Source: Chiloscyllium plagiosum
Taxonomy: Eukaryota
Direction: 5' to 3'
DNA: 64,000 nt
Assembly: GCF_004010195.1 (NCBI RefSeq)
Contig: NC_057718.1
Coordinates: 9,868,872 to 9,932,871, forward strand
Shown here: positions 49,588-62,060 of the stretch, one piece after another
Layout of the letters: each line of letters starts with the position of its first letter
How positions within the stretch are numbered: position 1 is the stretch's first letter
The notes under the pieces: model-generated
Seen by the model: the letters and a program-made list of their open reading frames with translations, nothing else
Told to the model about the DNA's origin: nothing
The model's database searches: none
Position numbers and translations under genes: made by a program

Positions 49588-50312
49588 AGTCATAGAGTCA
49601 TACAGCACAGAAACGGACTCTTTGGTCAACCAGTCCATGTCAACCATAATCCCAAACTAAATTAGTCCCATCTGCCTACTCCTGGTCCACATCCATCCAA
49701 ACCTTCCTTATTCATCTACGTATCTAAATGCCTTTTAAATGTTGTAACTGTACCCGCATCCACCACTTCCTCTGGAAGTTCACCCTATGTGTACAAAATT
49801 TGCCCTTCGTGTCTTTTTTAAACCTTTCTCCTCTCACCCCTCATTTCTGCTGCTGCTGCTGACTGAGGGCTTGAGGAATACCCACCTGGAAGGGACCCCA
49901 GTTTAGCATCTCATCCCAAAGGTAGCATCTCCTAACACAAACACATGTTAAAGTCACTGTGGTTTGGATAGAGTCAGAGTCAAAGAATCATTCAGCATAG
50001 AAACTGGCCCTTTGGCTGACCAACAGACACCAAACTACACTAATCCCATTTACATGCATTGGGTCCATAGCCTAAATTGGCCTGGTATTCTGAGTGGTCG
50101 TCCAGATGCTGCTGAAATGTTATGAGAGTACCTGCCTCACTATCCTCTCAGACAGTATGCTCTATGTTTCTGTCACTGTCTGGATGAAAAGCTTATTTTC
50201 TCAGATCTCTTCTAAACCACTTTCTTCTCACTTTAGAATTATACCCTTTGGTTTTCAACGCATCTGCCATGGGGAAGAGATTCTCACAGTCTATCCTGTT
50301 TATGCCTCTCAT
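49588..50312 (-). mobile_element. Two CR1 3' ends (49588-49840, 49970-50312)
   Basis: agtcatagagtcatacagcacagaaac..; agaatcattcagcatagaaactggccc. Confidence 0.75.
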
Positions 50313-52349
50313 AGATGTTTGGGGACATGTCTTAAACAGGTCAGATCCTAGCAGTTTCACACATGTCCATGTAGTTGTAGCTCAGCCATTAGAGTCAGCC
50401 ACAGGAACCTTGGCTAAATTCTCCCTTCCTTAACTTAGGGTGGTGGGGGCCTGCATTGGCACAGCTAAGAACATTCATCCCAGCAGGAACCCTGTGTGCT
50501 CTGCACAGCTTACTTGACCGAATAATCTTTCCGAGCCGCTGAGGGAGCCTGCATTTTAATTCGAAAGATGAGGTGATTGCAGTGGCATACAGAACCTACT
50601 GCTGTGGTCCACCCTGAGAGTGACCGTTCCTGAAAGGTTATTTCCATACCGCTATCGATTTTGTTTACAGCAGCTGCAAAGAGCTCTTTACAGGTCATTT
50701 CTCTGGCCTTCAACTTGCCAGCTCTGAAGCAGCTAATTCCAGACTGTATGTAGTGTCTTGCCAATTCAGTGTAAAGAAGTCTACCTTTTCTTTTAAATGC
50801 TTCTTGTACATATTAAAAAGTGAAAGTTGTTGGGTATAGTTTGTCCGGGTACCTGCTGCCAAGGGTTATCTCGTGACCCTTTGTGTGCCAGTCTCTGAGC
50901 ATGGAAGCCATTGGAATGATTGTTCATTTCTATCCCTGTGATATTACCAGAAGCCAGATCCCAGAGAAACCTAGTTCTTTTTTTAAAAAAAAATTACCCC
51001 AACGCAAAGTAGAGGTTCTTTGCCTAGAAGTACATGGGTTATTGTATTAACAGATTAAGTGCTTGACATTTAAAACACTTTGAGTGGAATTAATGAATGA
51101 GAGTCTTTTTCACAAACCGATGTATAGGGGTGAGTGTTGTATTGCATGGTCAGAAGTTTAATTTTCTTCTTCTCCAGATGGTTCCCAAAGTTTGCCCATT
51201 GGTTGGTGGACACTTGGCATGTGGCCAGTGAGGGGGTGTAGAGGGTATGCAGGGTCATAAGGATGCTGGGTGCGGTTTGAGGACTGCAGTACCTAAAACA
51301 ATGTGGACAAGGTCCCAGATAACTTGGACAGGCCTTCTACCTTGTCGGACCCCACTGTTCCCCTGGGGTCGATGGGCCCAACTATCTTACACCCATCCCC
51401 TCAGGGAATGTCATACGGGCATTTTTATACTGAGGTGAATCTAGCAAGGTAAGCCCTCGGGCTACCGAAGTAGCCAAAATCTAACCCAAAACCTATTGTT
51501 CTACCTGACAGGGTACCACACCAGAAATGAAGCCTGGCGTTGTCACAAAAATTAAAGGATTTTTCAAGTATGCAAAGATTCCCTAATTTGTCTGACTTCT
51601 TAAACAAGTGTTGACAGAGCATTGGCCTGGTTTCTGTTTTTGACAAAAATTACTATTTATTACCAAAAAACCCTCTTGCTACAGTTAAAGGTTCTAAACC
51701 ATCAACATATAACTACAAATTAAAACTGTAATCCTATTATAAACTCACCTATGCACGCACACGCACTCAGACACACAGGAAAACAAACAGGAAAAAAATG
51801 GGAAAGCAGTTCACTGGTTCCTGTTCACAAGGGCTGCTGAGATGGATGGGTATATGAATGAGAAGGCTTTAGAAGGAAACGGGCTAAATGCTGACAAATG
51901 GCACTCGGTTAATTTAGGTTATCTGATTGGCATGAACGAGTTGGGCTGAAGGGTTTGTTTAAGATGTTCTACAGCTCTGCGATTCTATGGTTAGAACATT
52001 ACTTCTCAGTCATCCTTCTCGATACATCCAGTGGTTTGCAAGAAGCAGAAGGTGGCTGGCTCACTTCTGAAAGGTCTCTGATTAATTGCAGCAACTGCTG
52101 AAGGCAGGGGGGTAAATTGCTTTACTTCAGGCTTAAAGTGGCCTTCACTGCAGAGACAGCACCTAAAGTGGTGGTGGACTGAATAACCTCTCTGTAACTT
52201 GCTCAATCACCTGAGAACTACTCACGTGATTGTTGACTGGAGAAGAGCTTTGTCAGTGAGCCGCCGCCTTGAAATATTGTTACAGCCAGCATGCGATTTC
52301 TCGACATCACTGGGTGTGCGGGGGAGAAGGACTGTATTGCCTTTTGAGA

Positions 52350-53372
52350 GAGAAATGCTGGAAAATCTCAGCAGGTCTGGCAACATCTGTAAGGAGAGAA
52401 AAGAGCTGACGTTTTGAGTCTAATTGACCCGCAGTGAGCGGCACGGTGGCACAGTGGTTAGCACTGCGGCCTCACAGCGCCAGAGACCTGGGTTCAATTC
52501 CTGCCTCAGGCGACTGACTGTGTGGAGTTTGCACATTCTCTCCGTGTCTGCGTGGGTTTCCTCCGGGTGCTCCGGTTTCCTCCCACATTCCAAAACAATG
52601 TGCAGGTCAGGTGAATTGGCCACCCTAAATTGCCCATTGTATTAGGTATATTAGTCTGAGGGGAAATGGGTCTGGGTGGGTTGCACTTCGGCGGGTCGGT
52701 GTGGACTTGTTGGGCCGAAGGGCCTGTTTCCACGCTGTAGGGAATCTAATCTAATCTAATCTAATCAAGAATCTAATCTAATCAAGGACCCTTTGTCAAA
52801 GCTAAAAAAAAGGAGGTATTTATGAGGCTGAGAGAAGGTAAGTCATGACTCCAAAAGCAAAGGTAGCAATAAAGAGATGATAATGACAGTGCATGGAGAG
52901 ATTATAGCGAGATTAGGAGCTGTGAATGACTAAGGCTAAAACCAGTGCAATGTGACAAAATATGTGGGGGATGGGTGAAGCAGAGGCAAAATTGAAAACA
53001 GGGGAGAAGGGTAGCAAAGGGGGAAGAGGAGAGGAAAAAGGTGATGAGAGAGTGGGGAACGAGAGAAAGAGAGACAATCAAGAAATGAGGTATAGAGCAA
53101 TGGAAAAAAAATTAAGAAATAAATAAAATAAATGAAATAAAATTACGGAGCAGAATGAAAACAGAGGGGTCGAGATGGGGTAATCATCTGAAGTTGTTGA
53201 ATTCGATGTTGAGACCGACCGGCTGTAACGTGCCTCGTCGGAAGAGGAGATGCTGTTCCTCCAGTTTGCGTTGATCTTCACTGGAACATTGCAGCAGGCC
53301 AAGGACAGACATGTGGGCATGGGAGCAGGATTGTGTGCTGAAGTGGCAAGCCACAGGAAAGTCCTGGACCTG
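52350..53372 (-). mobile_element. PLE 3' part: GIY-YIG C-terminus, pyrimidine-rich 3'UTR and hammerhead-like tail (split by HE1)
   Basis: PVACHF..HMSVLGLLQC..RKLEEQHLLFRRGTLQPVGLNIEF; tail at 52350-52428. Confidence 0.85.
52436..52783 (+). mobile_element. Young HE1 SINE with (AATCT)n tail
   Basis: CpG-rich, intact-looking copy. Confidence 0.95.
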
Positions 53373-54087
53373 TTGCCTTTTGTCTAGTTCCTGGGCAGAA
53401 TGCATTCAACCATAATTCACCAAATGGTCTGATTCAGGAATTCATTTTTGTTCCCCTCCCTAGCTCCCGGGCAATTAAAGTGAACAGGAATTTCTGCTAA
53501 TTAAAGTAAGACAATGAACGAATGAGCACGTGTTTGCAGTGCACTGTTGCAGGATCAGATCAATGACTGCTCCTTTCTCCTTCACTCTCCTTAAACTGGC
53601 ATGTTATATCATGATCTTTACAATTCCACCTGGTGCAGTACTTTGTAAATTTTACGTAAGCATTTTTAAAAATGTGTATTGCATTATATTTATATATATA
53701 TATGTTGCAAAGAACTGAAATAAAAGCCCTTTTCACAGAGGTAACTTGGCCAAAGATTAAAACACACTTGTACAGCACAGCCCATGTATGTTCATTCTTG
53801 GCTTCTCAGTAGAAGGGTTATGCAGGAAGAGGTCCTTGTGTACTGATGTGCAAACATTTTTAGTTGAAGTGTGCCTTTACAATGGCTTAGTGATCAGGTG
53901 ACCCTCATCTCCAGCCTTCCCCTCTAAAGTAGAGTGGCTCTCTGGGCAAACTTGTATTTTGGATCCCCTAAGTTTTAAATAATTTTTTGATAAACTTCCC
54001 TGTCTTGAACTCACCTCGCACCCCATCAGCCTTGGTTGCTAAGCATCCCTCCCTACCCAATGTTTCTCCATATGCTGCACCCCTTTC

Positions 54088-54340
54088 TCGGCTCAGTGGC
54101 TAGCACTGCTGCCTCACAGCCTTGGGTGGCTGTCTGTGTGGAGTTTGCACGTTCTCCCCGTGTCTGCTTGGGTTTCCACCTGGATGTTTCCGGTTTCCTC
54201 CTGCAGTCCAAAGATATGCAGGCTAGGTGGATTAGCCATGGGATATACAGGGAGAGGGTGGGAGTGGGAGGGTGACCTAGGTAGGATGCTTCTGAAGGTT
54301 GGTGCAGACTCAAAAGGGCTAAATGGGATTCCGTGATCTA
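54088..54340 (+). mobile_element. Degenerate HE1 SINE
   Basis: ggctcagtggctagcactgctgcctcacag..gtgtggagtttgcacgttctcccc. Confidence 0.85.
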
Positions 54341-55774
54341 TGCGGTGACCAGCCCACTATGCTCTGCATATGGTGGCCACACCATTCTCATCTCTCCTAT
54401 CATTCTGAACCCACCTCCTGCCATTGTACATTTATGTTGTTGAGCCCCTGGTGATATCCCGGCTTGAGACTCACTGCATTCAGTTCATGTGAGGTAGCAG
54501 ATTCTCATTAGGCAGAGGGCACTAAATTATTGAATAATTTTTCGACGTAGACTTAGATAAAACACAACTGCGCAAAAACATGTCACTCAGTTCCACCAGC
54601 CTATGTGGTACTTATGTTCAATATTGTGCATTTTGTCATGAACACTAAAGGTGCCTTGTCATTTGGAGAGTTTCTTTCTCCAATACAGACAGTGCATGGT
54701 TTGATCCAGCTCTGGGTGAATTGGGACAGAGCTGCCAAGTTGGCAGTTCAGGGGTGGAGATCAGGCAGCTTGGGGCTTGTGAGCAAACAAGGAAAGCAGA
54801 GACAAGCAAGGGCACAGCAAAGCTGAGTTCGCTCACTTTGAAGACACACATGTGGTGTATGATTTGGCGCTTGGAGAGTGTCTGTTGGCTGAAAATGTCC
54901 TGTTTTCAAAAAATCTAACTTCTCCGAGCCCAAATGTGTTCATTTCAAAGGCTTTGGAATGAATGAATGCTTGATACCGGAGTGGCAGTGTTGCTGAACT
55001 TGGCTCGTGTAGCAGGCTACACGTCTGAATCCTGAATAGCTTCAAACAACATGCTAACATCCAGCGTTGCCAAACCACCACGATTTTAGGAAAAGGTAAT
55101 TACTTTTTCATCAGCTACCAACTGACGCCCACTATTGAGTTACTCCTTGCTTAAACCTGTTACATCTCTTAACTTTTCACAGTTCTGATAAAAGATCACT
55201 GACCTGAAATATTAACTCTGCTTCTGTTTCTGTAGATGCTACCAAACCAGCTGAGCACTTCCAGTGTTTCCTCGTTGTATTTGAGTTGAACCCCATAAAC
55301 ACTGAATGCTTCTTGGGTTGCATTCATTACCACAAATTTTGCAGAAATTTAAAAGTAAGGAACTGGTGATAATGTCCACAGAACCATCCGAAGAACTCAA
55401 CAGCTTCACTGACATCCTGTAGCGTAGGAAATGATCATCCTTAACAAACTCCTGTTCTCCCTAACCTGTTTGAGTCTTAACTGCCCTTAGAGGTGGCTTA
55501 ATAAATGAACTATGGTTCAAAATGGGAGCTTGGATAGGCAGTAAATGTTGTTTTGTCCTTGAACCCAGATTGAGAAAGTAGGTACAATCAAAATGTGCTC
55601 ACATTGTTGGACAACATTAGGATTTCATTTGTCGTCCACCTCTGCTGCTTTGGACATTTCTCTCTCTTGGTCTCCATGCCTCTCCCAACGTTCTGACTTT
55701 CTCTGGAATATTGTTTCACCTCCATTCATAGACACTTCAGTATTTCTCAAAGGTAATTTTTCCCTCATCTTTTC

Positions 55775-56530
55775 ATAAGACAAGCTATAGTAGCAGAATT
55801 AGACTATTCCGCCCTTTTGAGTCTGCTCTGCCGTTTGATCATGACTGATATGTTTCTCAATCCTATTCTACTGCCTCCTCCCTGTAACCCTTGATCCCCT
55901 TGAATCAAGAACCTATCTACCTCTTGTCTTAAAAACACTCAATGACTTGTCCTACACAGCTTTCTGAGGCAAAGAATTCCACTGATTCACCACCTTCTGA
56001 CTGAAAAAAATTCCTTCTTGCCTCTGTTTGAAAGGGTCGTAACTTCATTCTGAGGCTGTGCCCTTGGGTCCTAGTCTATCCTACTGGTGGAAACATCTTC
56101 TCGGCGTTTACTCTATCCAGGCCTCTCAACATTCTGCAAGTTTCAAGCAGATCCTCCCTCATCTTTCTAAACAGAGTTAGGGTCCAGAATCCTCAACAGC
56201 TCCTGATGTGACAAGTTCTTCATTCTCAGTGTCATTCTTGTGAACCTCCTCTGCACCCCCTTCCAAAACCAGCACATCCTTCCTCAGATACAGGGCTCAA
56301 AACTGCTCATCGTATTCCAAATGCAGTCTGGTAAAATGGTTATGCAGCCTCAGCAGTACCTCTCTGCTCTTATATTCTAGTCTTCCTTAAATGAATGCTA
56401 ACATTGTAATTGCCTCCCTAAGTGCCCAGATGAGCCAGCATGTTAACTTTAATAGAATCCTGAACTAGAACTGCCGAGTCCTCTCGTGCTTCAAATGTTT
56501 GAAGCCTTTTCCCATTTTGAAAATATTTCG
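55775..56530 (-). mobile_element. Older CR1 3' fragment
   Basis: cataagac..gaattccactgattcaccacc..aactgctcatcgtattccaa. Confidence 0.85.
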
Positions 56531-57058
56531 AAGCTTCCAGGATGGATATATATTTTTAAATAGGACACTGAGGAGAAAGCAGGACATTCATATTGGATTG
56601 CTTTATCAAAGGCCTGCACTGCCAAATGGATCGAATGGCCTCTTTTGTGGTTGTAAGTCTGCTATGGCTTGGACAGCATTTGGCAAAGATGGGATGCATC
56701 ACTCTTTCATGCCTTTCCCCACTCTCAATGGCATTTACACATATTATCCAATGTTAGAAAAAAGAACAAAGAAAATTACAGCACAGGAACAGGCCCTTTG
56801 GCCCTCCAAGCCTGCGCCAATCCAAATCCTGTCTAAACCTGTTGCCTATTTTATAAGGGTCTGTATCCCTCAGCTCCCTTCCCATTCATGTATCTGATCA
56901 GATACATCTTAAATGACGCGATCGCGTTCACCTCTACCACCACTGCTGGCACCCACCTCCCTCTGTATAAAGAACTTGCCACGCGTATCTCTCTTAAACT
57001 TTTCCCCTCTCACCTTGAACTCATGACCCCTAATAATTGAGTCCCCCACTCTGGGAAA

Positions 57059-57210
57059 TGTTAAAAATCACACAACATCAGGTTATAGTCCAATAGGTTT
57101 ATTCGGAGGCACAAGTTTGTGCCTCCAAATAAATCTGTTGGACTATAACTTGCTGTTGTGTGATTTTTAATTTGTTCACGACAGTCCAACACTGGCACCT
57201 CCAAATCATT
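57059..57210. mobile_element. Palindromic PLE family B derivative lacking the ribozyme core
   Basis: Arms meet at GGAGGCACAA-gt-TTGTGCCTCC; TSD ACTCTGGGAAA / ACTCTGGGGAAA. Confidence 0.85.
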
Positions 57211-57339
57211 ACTCTGGGGAAAAAGCTTCTTGCTATCCACCCTGTCTATACCTGTCATGATTTTGTAGACCTCAATCATGTCCCTCCTCAACCTCTTTTC
57301 TAATGAAAATAATTCTGATTTACTCAAACTCTCTTAATA

Positions 57340-57522
57340 GCTGAAAATGTGTTGCTGGAAAAGCGCAGCAGGTCAGGCAGCATCCAGGGAACAGGAGAAT
57401 CGACGTTTCGGGCATAAGCCCTTCTTCATTCCTGTTCCCTGGATGCTGCCTGACCTGCTGCGCTTTTCCAGCAACACATTTTCAGCTCTGATCTCCAGCA
57501 TCTGCAGTCCTCACTTTCTCCT
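57340..57522. mobile_element. Palindromic PLE family A derivative
   Basis: Inverted arms; TSD CTCAAACTCTCTTAATAGCT (57323-57342) / CTCAAACTCTCTTCATAGCT (57521-57540). Confidence 0.9.
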
Positions 57523-58711
57523 CAAACTCTCTTCATAGCTAGCACGCTCCATACCAGGAAACTTCCTTTGCACCCTCTCCAAAGCATCCACATCCTTTGA
57601 GTAATGTGGCGACCAGAAGTGTACGCAGTACTCCAAATGTGGTCAAACCAAAGTCTTATATAACTAACATGACCTACCAACTCTTGTACTCGATACCCCG
57701 TCTGATGAAGGAAAACATGCTGTATGCCTTCTTGACCACTCTACTGACCTGCATTGCCACCTTCAGGGAACAATGGACCTGAACACCCAGATCTCTCTGT
57801 ACATCAGTTTTCTCCAGGGCTTTTCCATTTATCGTATACTTTGCTCTTGAATTGGATCTTCCAAAATGCATCACCTCGCATTTGCCTGAATTGAACTCCA
57901 TCTGCCATTTCCCCGCCCAACTCTCCGATCTATCTATAATCTGCTGCATTCTCTGATAGTCCCCTTCACTATCTGCTACTTCACCAATCTTAGCATCCTC
58001 TGCAAACTTGCTAATCAGACCACCCATACCTTCCTCCAGATCATTTGTGTATATCACATACAACAGGGGTCCAAGAACGGATCCCTGTGGAACACCACTG
58101 GTCACAGTCCTCCATTTTGAGAAGCTCCCTTCCACCACTACTACTGGCTCATGTTGCCCAGCCAGTTCTCTGTCCATCTAGCCAGTGTACCCTGGACCCC
58201 ATGTGACTTCACCTTCTCCATGAACCTACCATGGGGAACCTTATCAATCGCCTTACTGAAGTCCATGTCTGTGACATCTACAGCCTTTCCCTCATCAATC
58301 AACTTTTGTCACTTCCTCAAAGAATTCTATTAAGTTGGTAAGACATGACCTTCCCTGCACAAAACCATATTGGCTATCACTGATAAGCCCATTTTCTTCC
58401 AAATGGGAGTAGATCATATCTCTTAGTATCTTCTCCAGCAGCTTCCCTACCACTGACATCAGACACACTGGTCTATAATTACCTGGATTATCCCTGCTAC
58501 CCTTCTTAAACAAGGGGACAACATTAGCAATTCTCCAGTCCTCCCGGATCTCACCTGTGTCCAAGGATGCTGCAAAGATATCTGTTAAGGCCCCAGCTAT
58601 TTCCCCTCTTGCTTCCCTCTAACCTGGGATAGATCCCATCTGGACCTGGGTATTTGTCGACCTTAATGATTTTTAGAATACCGAGCACTTCCTCCCTCCT
58701 TATGCTGACTT

Positions 58712-59310
58712 AGAGTCATGGAGATGTGCAGCACAGAAATAGACACTTGGGTCCAACTTGTCCATGCCGACCAGATATCCTAATCTATTCTAGTCCCATT
58801 TGCCTGCATTTGGCCCATAACACTCTCAACCCTTCCTATTCATATACCCATCCAGATGCCTTTTAAATGCCAATTGTACTGGCCTCCTCCCCTCTGGCAG
58901 CAGATTCTATACACACACCACTCTCTGCACAAAAATATTTACCCTTGGGTCTCTTTTATATCTTTCCACTCTCACCCTAAATCTATGCCCTCTAGTTCTG
59001 GACTCCCCCATTCCAGGGAAAAGACTTTGCCTATTTACCCTATCCATACCCCTCATAATTTTGTAAACCTTTATAAGGTCACCCCTCAGCCTCCGACGCT
59101 CGAGGGAAAACAGCCCCAGCCTGTTCAGCCTCTCCCTATAGCTCAAATCCTCCAACCCTGGCAACATCCTTGTAGATCTTTTCTGAACCCTTTCAAGTTT
59201 CACAACATCTTTCCAATAGGAAGGAGACCAGAATTGCACACAATATTCCAACAGTGGCCTAACCAATGTCCTGTGCAAGCACAACATGACCTCCCAACTC
59301 CTGTACTCAA
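58712..59310 (-). mobile_element. Young CR1 3' fragment nested in an older CR1
   Basis: ORF 58907-59287 VRPLLEYCVQFWSP..; flanks ACTTAGAGT / ACCTAGAGT. Confidence 0.92.
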
Positions 59311-60469
59311 CCTAGAGTAATCAAACATCTATTCCGAACCTTAACATCCATCATATCCCCCTCCTCGGTGAATACCGATGCAAAGTACTCATTAAGAATC
59401 TCACCCATTTTCTCTGACTCGACTCATAACTTTCCTCCTTTGTCCTTAAGTGGGCCAACCCTTTCTCTAGTTACCTTCTTGCTCCTTATATACGAATAAA
59501 AGGCTTTGAGATTTTCCTTAACCCTGTTTGCTAAAGATATTTCATGACCCCTTAATTCCTCATTTCAGATTGGTCCTACATTCCCCATATTCTTCCAAAA
59601 CCTTGTTTTCAGTCGCTTAGATCTTATGTATGCTGCTTTTTGCCTCTTAGCTAGTCTCAGTTTTCACCTGTCATCCATGGTTCCCTAATCTTGCCAATTC
59701 TATCCCTCATTTTCACTGGGTTAGTGTTTGTCCTGCACTCTAATCAACCTCTCTTTCAAAGCCTCCCACATATCAAATGTGAATTTACCTTCAAACAGCT
59801 GTTCTAGGAATCTGTTAAAGCATGGCTATAGAGGCTCTGTGTAAAAGCTTGAGAGGAGGGTGTCGAAATGCCTTTCAAAATCACTTGTGGTAACGCCATC
59901 CTTGTTAATACCACGCACAAACAAAAACCCTCTCCTGTGAGAAAAGCTATGGGGAGGGTTGAAGTGTCATAGTGCCTGCCCCTGATGCAGAGCATTATCC
60001 CCTTGAATACAAACTCAGCCACTAATTGCCATGGGAGCTAGTTGGAAGTCTTCAGGGCCCATTTATTTCCCAGCTTAACACTTGCCCACTGAGTCCTGTC
60101 AATCATTGCTGTGATGGAGATGAACTGAATTGGTGTTACTTAATTCCACTTAATTGGAACTCTTTGCTGTGCATGCCGTTGTATTTTGAGACTGGCAACC
60201 TTGTTTAATACGTGCTGTCTTTTTTGTCATGCTGCTATTGCCTAAGCCTTTTAAGAATTGGGAATCTTCCCCTACCCCTTAAAACCTCTCAGCATCTTAT
60301 ATTTGTTTAAAGTGTTCTTTAAAATCTACTTCATTGAACAAGCTATTCGTCCAAATATCATCTTTTGTGGCAGCCTTAAAAGGACCAATTAGCACAAAAA
60401 AAAAGGATTGCTTGAGACATTTTAATACATTAATGATTCTGTATGCTGACTTTTGAAAGTTTGTTTGTG

Positions 60470-60855
60470 GGATATAGGTGTCTGTCACTGGCCCATCCCA
60501 GTGTGTACCAGATGGTGGTGATGCGTTGCTGCCTTGACTCACTGCAGTGCACACGGTGTAGGGACAACTCACAGTGCTCTGAGGGGAATAGGGTTAGAGT
60601 TCCAGAACTTTTAACAGTAATGGGGAAGAAATGGCAGTATAGTTCCAAGTTAGCATATTGTGTGACTTGGTGGGTCAGCTTGAAAATAATGATACTCCCA
60701 TGCATCTATGCCCTTGTCTGTCCAGGTGATTTGGAAGATACGGTTGAAGGAGCCTTGGTGAGTTGATTAAGTACCTCTTTGAGGTTATATACACTGTGGC
60801 TGCTGTGCATCAATGCTGGAAGGAGAATGCATGTGGTGAATGGGCTACCAGTGAG
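60470..60855 (-). mobile_element. 3' fragment of the tRNA-headed LINE family
   Basis: gatggtggtga..gagttccaga..ttccaagttag..gagccttggtgagtt, reverse of 23300-23690. Confidence 0.7.
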
Positions 60856-61109
60856 GAGATCTTGCATTCCCCTACCACTTTCCCCATCGCAACTTTATAT
60901 TGATGTTTCCCCCACTTCTTGGTCACCTAAAGGCACAGAGAGTCGCTGTGGCTCATGGACCCCTTGTGTCACCTCTCCTGCTCAATTGGAATAACTCAAC
61001 AGCTCTGAGGCTCAGTCAATGCAACAGGAGAGCAGACAAAGCTGAGCAGGTGTCAAGATTTAAGATCCGTTCAATGCTGTGATCCTCCCAGAACTCCAGT
61101 TCTAACATA

Positions 61110-62060
61110 CTAACAATGCTGGAATCTGAAATATGGAATGAAGAAAATTCTCAGCAGGTCAGTCAGCATCAGCAAGCGGTTACTTGAAGGTTTCAAAGGA
61201 AGGGTCACTGGACCTGAAACATTAACACTGATTTCTCTCCACAGATGCTGCCAGACCTGCTGAGCTTTTCTAGCAATTTCTGTTTTGTTTCAGTTATTTG
61301 AAGTTTCTGGTTGATGGCCTTTATTCAGAATTGATAGAGAATTAATGGTTTATTAGCAATTTCAAAAGCAACGGGTGACCGTGTCCGAGGCTTGTGAAAG
61401 GGTGGAAAAGAATGAGACAAGTAAAGAAACAAGATGATGGAGGTGAAAATGATAACTTTAGGGAGTCATTGGCAGTAGCTACTATCTAAGAAAATGGGAA
61501 CATTGGTAATGTTCTGAACTTAAAGATGTTGGAAAATGCCTCTGTCAAAAGCATTGAAAAAAAACTGAGTCGCAGTGCAAAAGAGTTGTTAATGGTGACC
61601 AAAGAGAAAAAGAAACATCAAATAGTTATAAATTAAGATGTTAAAGGCAGGGAATGAGTTCTCTTTACTATCGTCAGCAAGATGCAAACAAGGCAAGACA
61701 GTTGGTGGGGTGGAACAGGAAGACAGAATGGAAGAAAAATGGTGAATAGACAACGCGATCCATAATGCAAAAAATGATTGAATTCAATATTGAGACCTTG
61801 AGGCTGTACAGTGCCTAAGGATAAAATGAGGCGTCGTTCCTCAAGCTTGGAATTTGCTTTGTTAGGGCATTGCAACAGCACGAGGGCAGAAATGTTGACA
61901 TGAGAGTAAGATGGTTTATTTAAATGTCAAGCAACTGGGATGTCAGGGTCATTCCTACAGACAGATTGGAGGTGTTCCACAAAGCGGTCACCTTGCCTGC
62001 GTTTGATCTTGCCAGTGTAATGGAGACTGCACTGTGAGCAGCACATGCAGTAGACCAGCA
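61110..62060 (-). mobile_element. Old PLE 3' part with GIY-YIG endonuclease; family C termini at 61110-61330
   Basis: Minus translation LVYCMCCSQCSLHYTGKIKRRQGDRFVEHL..PVA*HLN..KLEERRLILSLGTVQPQGLNIEFN. Confidence 0.85.

Larger units (their letters stand above)
56755..59805 (-). mobile_element. Long CR1 LINE fragment (ORF2 linker, RT, 3' end) with three nested insertions
   Basis: WRIANVVPLFKKG..NYRPV..QYGFVQGRSCLTNL (58295-58564); GVPQGSVLGPLL..KFAED (57674-58177). Confidence 0.95.

Noticed and set aside
51541..51835. LTR-like stretch beginning TGTCACAAAA
   Set aside because: The other terminus, TSD, PBS and PPT were not found.
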